Assembly: GCF_006345805.1 (NCBI RefSeq)
Contig: NC_043010.1
Location: forward strand, 34,348,001-34,412,000
Length of the DNA stretch: 64,000 bases
From: Octopus sinensis
Lineage: Eukaryota
Direction: 5' to 3'
Shown: in pieces, positions 41,802 to 52,020 of the stretch
Layout: every line of letters starts with the position of its first letter
Position numbering within the stretch: position 1 is the stretch's first letter
Program-made: the position numbers and the translations under genes
Notes under the pieces: generated by a model
What the model was told of the DNA's origin: nothing
The model's database searches: none
The model's input: only the letters and a program-made list of their open reading frames with translations

Positions 41802-42934
41802 AAATAACAGTTATATACTGAGGTCGACACTTGCAACTTTTCATATTTATCAATGCGAGAAATCATTATTAGTACTGTCACGTTAGCAAACAGGTTTTTG
41901 GAATTAGCTTGTTATTGGCATTCCTGGCAATACAGGATGTCAATACCTTCTTAGTACCCTACTTCAACCGCATGCAGTTAAGGGCTTCATAGGGAGAAGA
42001 AAAGGCAAAAATATACTTCTTTCAAATTGCTAAAGAATGGCTGGAATGATTGGAGCGTGGTACTTGAGTTATTAAGTACTTAAGGTTAAATACCCAAGAC
42101 GATTGGTACCGCTCATTTGCACTGTGCTCTTTGAAAGAGACCCCTACTGATGTTACCCAACGACGCTCTAATGATGATAAAGGAAGGTTTTGGGGTTAAT
42201 ATACTTTACGTTAAATCCACAAATGAGACATGAATGAATTCAAAGAGCCAGTCTTTAACGGTGTAACAGAATTAATAATAATGATTCTTTCTCATTTTGG
42301 CAGAAAGCCAGCGATTTTAGGGGGGAGAAGTTAGTCGATTACATTTACCCCAGCATTTGACAGGTACTTTATCTTATCGATCCCGAAAAGATGAAAGGCA
42401 AAATTGACCTCGGTGCGATTTGAACTCAGAATACAAAGAGACCGGAAAAATGCCGCTAAACATTTTGTGCGACGCGCTAATGATTCTGCCAGTTAGCTGT
42501 AATAATAAAAATGATTTCTAACATAGGCACAAGGCCACACATATTGAGGGAAGGTATAATCGATTAAATCAACATCAGTATGTGACTGGCACTCTTATAT
42601 CGACAATGGAAGAATGAAAACCGAAGTCGATCTGGAAAAGATTTGAACTCGGGGCGTCACAGTTGGGAACAGACTTTACAGGAGGTGTATCATGCTTGGA
42701 TGAAATAAATAAATCTAGTAAAATCTCTCTCGTGTCACCGAAGATTCGAGTTCTCATGTCATTTTTGCTCTGCATTCTGGATTCTCTTTTAACTGTAGTT
42801 AGGGCCAGACAGAGTTTTAAACAAGTTTGCTATTTGCTTTTTTTTTTTTTTGCTGGAATGTAAGAGTTAACCCAACTCAATCCGGAAATCACCCCTGCCA
42901 AAATATCTTTATCGTGTTAAGTATAATGCTTGTG

Positions 42935-42975
<41 letters not shown>

Positions 42976-43737
42976 TAGTTATCTGATAGCTAATATGTTG
43001 TATGTAATAATAAATACATTCAAAATTCCGTAAATACACACCCTGTCGTATAGAATATATTACTTGGATATATAATAATAATCAGCTGTCTATAGGGTGA
43101 GTTAATAATACCTTGTGTATAACAGATGCGCTTAAAATACTTTGTCGGAAACCCTTATCGAGTATGAATACTGTCTGGGGTATATAGTAGTATAAAAAGC
43201 TATCCATAGGGTTAGCTAATAAATAATTTGTGTATAATAATTATTTTTTAGATACTTGGTGAAAAATCCTTATTGTATAAAGTATATTGTTTGTGTATGT
43301 GTATCATATACACATTCATACTAACAGTGTTAGCTAATAATACATTTGGTATAATAATACAAACCCTTAACGGATAAAGTGCACAGCTTGAGTATGTATC
43401 TCACATACAAACATATAATAATAAAATGTCTTAGCTAATATCATGAGTATATTGAATAAAAAAATTGAAAAATTAATGAATTCTGTCGCAAAACATTAAG
43501 TCTACAAGTGGGAGTGTATACAAACACGTTGTAATCAAAAAGAAAAAAAGACCCCACTATTACTACCAGCACAGAAGGAAAAACGAAAGTTGAGATGAAT
43601 TGTAGTAAAGAGCATCGTCTGCTTAAAGTGTTTGGTCGATTGATGTTGACCCCCGTCCGATCTTGTTGACTGGGACTCCGGTGTTTGGTGTTGGAACGAA
43701 TCGAAGGGCGCAAAAATGACAAACTAAGTTAACTCAC

Positions 43738-43887
43738 CTGAAATATTTTCAGTAGTAGCTTCACATATCTCTTCCTGACGCCCAGGGACTTACCAAGAGA
43801 AGCGAGTACTATAACAGTGAATAAGATTAATATCATAGGAAGAACGAGGACAGATAGAACGGCCAACAGTAAGTGTTCTTGCTCCAT
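43738..43887 (-). CDS. GPAT3/4: Glycerol-3-phosphate acyltransferase 3/4 (AGPAT6/9 family), coding exon 1
   Basis: ATG at 43887 gives MEQEHLLLAVLSVLVLPMILILFTVIVLASLGKSLGVRKRYVKLLLKIFQ (50 codons), then a CAG|gtgagt donor in phase 0. The hydrophobic segment plus GKSLGVRKRYVKLLLKIF matches the GPAT4 N-terminus as I recall it (GVSFGIRKLYMKSLLKIF). The ORF-track start at 43971 is TTG, not ATG. Confidence 0.93.
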
Positions 43888-45367
43888 AGGGGATCCGTGA
43901 AATGTGAACGTCTCCAACAACACCAACACTACAAACAGCAGCAGCAGTAGCACCACCACCACATCTACCAATGAACTTCTACTCGCAAAGTCAAGGTCTT
44001 TTGTGTTTTTTCTTTTCTTTTATTCTTTTCTTTCCTTTTTCCTTCTTCTTCAAAATTTTGAATTCGTTTGTTTTTGTAAGATAATATTGCTTTTTCTCTC
44101 CGTTTATGAATTAAAAAAAATTGTTTAAATAAATTTTATGCTTTTTTTTTCAGGAATATATACTTTAAATATTTCGGAAATAAATAAATTATTAACGCTA
44201 CATTTTTAAAGAGAGACAGAATATATAAAAGACAAATAAAGCTGTTACGAAAGTCACGTTTAGAAAATAACACAATGTTTGATAATTATAACGTCTTCGA
44301 GAGTAGAACTTGTTCGTTATTTAATCGGCTCTCATAGAATAACGGTGTGAGTGTTGTAGTTCTCGTAGTCGTCGTGGTGATTATTGTTGTTTGTAACTAT
44401 TATATTTTGGTTGTACTGCCGGTTAAACACCTTTTTCTTTTCTTTTCTTTTTTTAACCAAGACAGAAAGCAGTGACCGTGAACTGTTACAGGGCCTCCGA
44501 GACTGGTGTAAGTATCCTCAAACCGAAAACCTGGTCCAAGTTTGTAGATACATTATGCTTAAATAAAATGAAGAGTGGTCAGTGCTTGCAACAAAGTGAA
44601 CCTCGGTACAGTGGTGGTGTTAAACCGGATGAGGGGTTAAGTCTCCCAATTTGAGCTGGTCATGGTGGTATTTGAACTCAGGACGCAAAGAGCCGAAACA
44701 AGTATCGCAAAGCATCCAGCCCGACGTTTTTGTTACCATACCAATCCATCGCTCGAGTCAAAGTTCACTCGGCAGGATTTGAACTCTAATCGCAAAGAGT
44801 CGGAACAAATTCTGTTAAGCATTCTGTCCGACGCCCTAACGACTCTACCAATTCCACAATTCTCGAGCGCCTAACTAGGTGGCTTATTGCGGTTAGAGTT
44901 CAAATCCCGTCGAGTTAGCTTTAGCTCGGGCGATGGATTGGTGTAACAGCAAATACGTCGGACCGGGTGTCTGGCAGCACTTGAATACAGAAGTTTAAAT
45001 CCTGACTCTACCCACAAAATGAAAGTACGTTCATCTACAAAGGCTTTGGTTTGTTCGACCAAGCTGATGGTAAAAAAAAACAAAAACATTTGTTGTTGTT
45101 GTTTAACCCCAGGTCAGTCTTCATCGAGCAGCTCAAAGACGTTCCGTCGCGGCCCTTTGTATATGAGGCTACATTTTTCGAAAGTGTTCCTTCTTTTTAA
45201 ATGTTTGGTCGTGATTTGGAGGAGATTTAGCTCTTAGTTCCCGAAAACAATTTTTTATAGGTCTTGCACAGGTAGGGCGAACCTAGGGTTAATCAACAAT
45301 TTATTAAACATAGAAGTAATTAGAAAAAAAATTCTTTCTGAAAGTAAATGATCAATAAAGATATTGC

Positions 45368-45718
45368 TACATTATTTACACTTGACGGATATTTGTCCTC
45401 ATCTTTGTTTCGGCTGATATACCCTCCAGCCTTCATCAGGTGCCTTGGGGAAATTTCGAAGCTGGGTTCTTATTCCTAAGGTATTTTTCGATGTTATTAT
45501 TATTATTATTATTATCATTATTATTCAGGTCACTGCCTGGAATTGAAATCGGAATCTTGGAGTTAGTAGTCCGCGCTCTTAACCACTACGCCAAGACACC
45601 TGATGAAGGCTGGAGGGTATATCAGTCGAAACGTTGTGTTAACAACAAACAAGATCAGGACAAATATATCCGTCAAATGTAAATAATGTACATAATTCCT
45701 CATCTCTTAAATATAGAA
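45368..45718. mobile_element. Short element with tRNA-like head, (AAT)n and hammerhead tail, arranged as an inverted repeat
   Basis: Minus-strand unit: TGGCGTAGTGGTTAAGAGCGCGG (A box) ...ATTTCAATTCC (degenerate B box), then (AAT)n, then a hammerhead core with a deletion after GAAAC. The plus-strand copy of the tail at 45591-45718 is its inverted repeat. Confidence 0.75.
45595..45640 (+). ncRNA. Minimal type I hammerhead ribozyme motif (Penelope-like retroelement type)
   Basis: GACAC-CUGAUGA-A-GGCUG-(10 nt loop)-CAGUC-GAAA-CG-UU-GUGUU. Stem I GACAC/GUGUU, stem II GGCUG/CAGUC, palindromic stem III AACGUU, cleavage triplet GUU with predicted cut after 45635. Activity is untested. Confidence 0.7.
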
Positions 45719-48700
45719 AGGATATTGCTGTTTGATCTCAAGTCAACCGTCTGTGACCATCCAGCCATTTTAGGTATAATTAAAATCTACTGAATACTTT
45801 CTTTTATTTAAATTTATATTATCTAACGTGTCATTTGAGGGTAATTTGGCGGCAGTTTTACCTCTACGTGGTTGAGTAAGCAACTAGTGATTCGGTAAGA
45901 AAAGATAAAGTTTGCTTGATATTATTTAGCTCCACGTCAACCTCGTTCAAGCAGATGTCAATTTTTTCTCTCGGACATAGTTAATATAGGATTACATTTA
46001 TCCGTGTCCTTCGTTAATGTTACTACGTCTGTAACTCTGAAATTTGTCGGTGAATGTCCTTCAGCCTGTGACATTTGGGTGTCTCTAAGGGAGCTTAGGC
46101 TACCGACAAGGAAGATTTTGACATCATTGGATTTCCGTCTCACTAAAGTATCAGACGATGCTCGCAAGGGTGACTGGATGTTCCAATGACTTAGAAACGC
46201 AGTCACCCACGGCAATACTGTGCTTTGAGTTGCATCAACAATTTTTAGAGCAGACAACACCAGTGGTTCTTAGCGCGGTGTATAAATTAAGGGTGTGTTG
46301 TTGCTATTTTATTTTATTTACTTATATGCTTTTTTCATTTCAGTCTTTTCAAAAATGTTCTTTATTCTTGTTGGAGCGGTTTCGTTGAAGCTAGTTTATC
46401 TGCGCAGTTATAATACAAGATGATTCTTTGCTCATCGGTGAAAAATAAATGAAAACAGAAGTCAATTAAGATCTTAATGTGACGCTAAGATCTTGATTTA
46501 GCTGTGCGCGTGTTTGCGAATCGTTGTTTAAACTCCAGATCAGCTTTGATCGAGCAGACCTTATAATCAAATGATGTTCCAGTTATGGTAATTCATTTAT
46601 TTATTTTATTACTTTTTTTTTTTATAGAAACAGTATATCTAGGATAGCATTGGTATGCAAATATAAAATATTCGGAGTTGATAACCATCCAGTTTTTTAT
46701 TGATTTTAATGGCTTTAATATGTGATCTCTCTGTAGCCACGCCGAGCAAGTCAAGCGCTTTCAACGGATTGACTCTCAAGATTTTATGAAAGGAGGTTAC
46801 TCTGCTTATAAAAGAGTTTATTTAATCAAGGAGTGAATGAAAAAAATCTTAACGTTTCCCCTTTGTTCCTTCTTCCTAGAGTGATGATAGGAAGTGATGT
46901 CGCTTACAACCGCATAGAGGAACGATTTTTCAAAGCTTTTTGTCTAGTCTTATCTGTTTCTAAGTCCCGTAGGTTCAAATGACACCGGTATAAAATTGTG
47001 TATTATATGAAATACTAATGCAGTCCGTCGCAGCGATACCCATTTTTGTCAGTTGAGTGGACTTAAAGTAGCATGAAATGAAGTGGTTTGCTCAAAAGCA
47101 CAACGCATCGCCCGGTCCAGGAATCGACACCACAATCTTAAGCCACGCGCCTACACACACAGCATCAAGTTCCACCATGAGTAAATAATAGTCTGGCTAC
47201 GAGTCAGCCTGAGAGAAATACAGGATTGATTCACTACTGTAATGAATGCATCCAGTCTTAAACTAAATAAAAATAACCTAATTTGAATTGAGCTGACCTG
47301 TCGTAGCACGCCAAAGTAACTGTTTTAAGCATAGCTTCAATTTTTAAAATAGTTTAGTATCAGCTACACATTTCTACGTATAGCTTTGTGCTTTCTTATC
47401 GGATCATTGTTTCTGGCGCAATGCGGAACAACGTGCGAAAATAAACGAACTGGTGTAGACCTTCGGTTTCTTTGTTTCCTTTCAGCTCCTTTCCGTAAAA
47501 CGCAATGATTCATTCCACGTCAAAGGATTGGTGACATAAGACCGTGGAATTCGCTTATCGTGCCCTTTTATTATCCCAGTTAAATGCAGTTTTACCACAT
47601 TTGGGAATCACTGGGAATAGGAGCTCCCTACGTTAGCTCAAAAGAATCATTGTTTTTTCAGCCTTGGCCAGCACTGGTCAGTCAGGCCTATGATCAGAAG
47701 CGTTGTAGCCGTCACCATCAGACAGTATGGTTGTGTTTCACAGTCGTAATATAGGGACTTGTAAAAACTTCGTTAAATTAGTATTATATATATGCAATTA
47801 ATATATAAAATATCGTTGTAGTTGGTGTTTGAAATATATAACTAAGCAAGGGAAGCAACTCCAATAAGATCAGTTGATCAAAATATTTGGACAACTTCGA
47901 CAAATTGGCGTGAATCTGGACTTTAAAGTGAACTTGAAAGCAACTGATATGTTTCGGTATTATTAAATCTCCCCAATGAAGCTTATTCCACTCAGATGGC
48001 AGGACTAATGTTAATCAATATACATAGAAATAAAGAGAATGTAGTGCATATCAAATACAAATACGATAAGGTCTTACCTAATCGATCGTAATTTTGATCA
48101 ATTGGAATTATTCAAACAATAAGTAGATAAACCCCATAAATATTGTCTAGCAACTGAGTAGCATAAGACGGTAGAGCAAGATTTGAGGGATATTTGGCTG
48201 ATTTTTCTAGCAGAACAAATGAACATGCAAACTAATGATGACAAACCATTTTAATTCGATATATTGAAGTTAAATTTCTGTATGAATCCTGTAAAATATA
48301 GCTTATCTATTTTAGTTTTAGGTAAATACTTGTTGATAAGGTTTTTAAACATTATATTGCAGGGAAAGTTTTTCAAACTCTCTCGGGTGTCACCTAAAAC
48401 CCGCCGCGGGTCGCCGCTGACATGCCAGACCTCCAAGCATCGATGTGATTCCTCGATGGTTCTTAAGCAAGTTAAGGGGGCTTCAAGGGTGACCCAGTTG
48501 CTTGTGAATATGGAAACACCAACCAAACTACGGAGTGCGTACTGTCGTTGCCTGCTTCTCTGCTTCCCAATTCTTGCAGCTCAAAAGATGTTGTAGGGAT
48601 GCAAAGAGGTCGGGAGCAGTTATATAACTGTCGTACTTGCTTCGGAAAAACAAGAAAGAATAAAAAAAAAATCACATCACCAAATCTTATTAAAAGAGGG

Positions 48701-49242
48701 GCTTTTAATATAGTCTTTCCAAGAAACCATTCTAGTCGGGTGCAGAGATGAAGATATAATACCTTCAGATATCCAAATTCTTCATGTGAATTAAGACCTC
48801 TAGCAGCGCTTTTTAATTAGGCAAAAAAACCTCTACACTTTAGTATGTGTGAATAAATTCTAATGCGAAAATGTACCTAAAAAATAGTATCGCAAACACA
48901 CACCCACATAAATAGTGCAGACACAAACACGTGTAACGGCACACAATCATAAATACAAAGAAATAAGCACAAACGTTTAAATGCAAACGCACACACATAC
49001 AGTCACACGCAAACAGACAAACACAAAGGTATAAACAAAAGCAAACAAATATGCAGACCAAATTATATATAAAAGCACGTAAACAGGCCCAACGTAGATG
49101 AACATAACTCATACAAAAAACATCACCAATAAACACACGCTTAACGAGGCAATATTCTATTATTCTGTTATTCTATTCTGTCGACACCCTACGGAATACC
49201 GGTTTTTAAAAACAGAACACAATTCTCGCTCCTGTTCTCAAC

Positions 49243-49287
49243 ATGGCCTCTGCAGTCGCTCCTGTCGCTGTTTCTCCTTTAATCAAA
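49243..49287 (+). CDS. ATP5ME: Mitochondrial ATP synthase subunit e, coding exon 1
   Basis: caacATG start gives MASAVAPVAVSPLIK, then AAA|gtaagc in phase 0. It matches the subunit e N-terminus (human MVPPVQVSPLIK). Confidence 0.9.
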
Positions 49288-49687
49288 GTAAGCTTTCTTT
49301 CTATTTAAATTACTAACAAGAAAAATATATTTTTTTCTACAATAACGTCAGTTTATAATCCAAGTACTATAGTATTAAAAAAAAAGTAATCTTAATTCCT
49401 TAACAACTATATTTTCTTATTATTATAGTCAAGGTGAACTTGAACTCGTGTTTTCATAATCAAGTTCAAATGATTTTTTGAAGAATATCTCGATGGATTT
49501 AATGAACATTTCTTATTACTTTCAGTAATAGCACTCTACCTTTATAAGAACATCTTGGGAGAAGTCTTTTTTTATTGTTTATGCACTATATTTGTATAAA
49601 TTCGGTGTGCCTAATTCATACGGAGCTAACTAACGAATAAATATCCATAGGAATTTATCAAAATTAGGTTGAGTGAAGCAAATAGTG

Positions 49688-49733
<46 letters not shown>

Positions 49734-51179
49734 GGACATAAAGTTAACTTTGGTCCTCACGATGTTTTGTTAGATATGCTTTCATGTAATGTGTTGTCTT
49801 CAACATTAACCAGTCACCTGGTTTTATACCATCACCTCGCCTTTGGGTACTCGGCGGTGTCCACTCGGATGCAAGAGTTCGAGCCAGACCTCAGGATAAA
49901 GTACTTTCTTTCCTCTAACCTCAGAGCCCTCCGACAAAGGTCATGGGTACTGCACCTCCTCCTTTAAAATTAAAGTAATAGTAGTAGTAGTAATAATAAT
50001 AATAAATGTTTCTAACATAGACACGAGGATATAGTTTAGGGTTCGAGGATAATCAGTTAATTAACAAGTGTTTTAATTTATCAACCCCGGTTAGATCAAA
50101 GCCAAAAATTGACCTTGGCGAGGTATAAAGATCAAGAATACATACTGCAAGGCATTTTTTCCCGACTTTCTAATGATTCGCCCAAATAATACGAACGTTA
50201 TGTTTGGTGATAGTCTTATAAAATGCTACATTTCCCCCTTGGTATTGTTCTTTTATTAGTGTTAGTTGAGACACCAACTCCATTGTCTGGTGCTCGTTTT
50301 GTTAATCTCTAAATAATCTTCAAAACTATCTTGTTATCCACCACCATGTACATATATATACCAAGAGTCAAAAAGGAAAGCCTCTAAGAACTAGCTCGAT
50401 CTGCTAGAAGCAAGAGCAAAATCTCCTTTAAATTACATCTTATTGTTGTAAATAACACAGGATACATTGAATAATGTAGTCCTAGATACACTATATCTAA
50501 ATGTAAGATAGAATGCCCATAGTTGAAACAACGTTGATCATAGGTCAGATCAGGGTCAATCTGGGTTCCAAAACACTTCCAGTTACTTCAAACTAACAAG
50601 GTGATTGGACTGACCCTGATAATATCCTTCCATTACTCGCAGTCAGCGTGTCCTACTTCTAACCCCCTAGCCTTGCTAAACTCTTCAGTTTCTCTATAGA
50701 ACTATATCCCTGTTTTAGAAACATTACCATGTATTCTGTTCATAAGAGGGGTAGCTCCTCAAACCCTGCCAAATATTTTTCTCTTGCACTTAATTTGACC
50801 ATCTCAAATGTGATGAGACAGCTATTAACAACCTTCTCCATCACTATGAATGTCTCTGCCTACTTATTCATTACCCCTACAATTTTTGTGAAGCTAGATT
50901 TGCTGGAGAATTATCTCCTGTGTCATACATCAATAGGTCTTCACTCAAGAAATTTGGTGTAAAGTGCTGTTGCACCTGACATCAACAAAGAATGAAACCA
51001 TGTTTAACACATTTAGTACATGAATCTTCTGACAAAACTCGACAGCCTATGAAATTTCTCCATCTTTTATCTCTTTGATTGGTGGCTTCCTATGAGATAA
51101 TGGCATGTGTTGATGGAGCTAGCTCTCTCGTATACTCACACTTTGGAGTGCCCTAACACTATTCTTACTATATAACAAT

Positions 51180-51484
51180 GGCCTACTTTATTCTGTCGGT
51201 CTCTTTTGCCAAACTGCTAAGTTACGGAGACGTAAACTCACCAGCATCGGTTGTCAAAGTGATGGAGGGGGAACAGACACACACATAAATACATACATAT
51301 ATATATATATATACACACACATACGAAAGGCTTCTTTTAGTTTCCTTCTACCAAATCCACTCACAAGACTTTGGTTTGCCCGAGGCTATAGCAGAAGACA
51401 CTTGCCCAAGGTATCTCATAGTGGGACTGAACCTGGAACCATGTGGTTGGGAAGCAAGCTTCTTACCACACAGCCACTCTTGCA
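51180..51484 (-). mobile_element. SINE family A, tail-truncated (further decayed copies at about 6480-6775, 25660-26080, 53443-53800, 56372-56900, 59470-59700)
   Basis: Body and head match the other copies. Confidence 0.85.
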
Positions 51485-51831
51485 CTGATTCTTCCAACAA
51501 AACCCACTCCTACACTGGTGATATTAACTTTCATTCCTCAACCTTCCACATTCAGCATCATTCCAATATTGTTCACACCCAACCTAGGCATGTGTGTTAA
51601 ATCTGCACAAACTCCATCAATAGAGACCTTGAAAACATCCTCCTGTGGATGAGGTCATACCAGTCTTGTCTTCAAAAGCATTATACATTTCAAGTTAACA
51701 ATATCCCTGTTAGAACCCTTGACATTATTACAAATGTTAGACTTAAGTGGTATAGCTAGGTTTTATGCTGCATCCCAACCCTTTTAACCATGCTAGTGGC
51801 TAAACCCACCATCACTGGTGAATGCACATCC

Positions 51832-52020
51832 TTAACCCTTTAGTGATTAAACCAGCTGTATCTGGCCCAAATATTCTACCTGTTTTTAAGTTCAAACTGG
51901 TATGATCTGGTCTGTCATACCTTGCAATATCATTCTAAAAGATAAACAATCACATCTTTGAAATCTTGTGAATAAATAAACATTACATTTGACAAAGTAA
52001 TCTGAATGCTAAAGGATTAA
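51832..52020. mobile_element. TTAA-flanked piggyBac-like MITE, family P1, inserted in a CR1 relic
   Basis: TTAA|CCCTTTAG ... AATGCTAAAGGA|TTAA. The interior matches 147-332. Confidence 0.75.

Larger units (their letters stand above)
43888..49242. promoter_or_regulatory. Divergent intergenic region between GPAT3/4 and ATP5ME start codons (5.36 kb), CpG-retaining
   Basis: It lies between the two outward-facing ATGs, and CpG dinucleotides are visibly frequent compared with the gene bodies. TSS positions cannot be read from sequence. Confidence 0.6.

Noticed and set aside
45525-45592. tRNA-like sequence (also the heads of SINE families A, B and C)
   Set aside because: It has A/B-box similarity but no complete cloverleaf or acceptor stem, and it is attached to repeat bodies, so these are not tRNA genes.
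47400-47660. CpG-rich patch with a plus-strand acceptor-like TTTCCTTTCAG
   Set aside because: All frames close quickly on both strands and no RNA family was recognisable. It is treated as part of the promoter domain.
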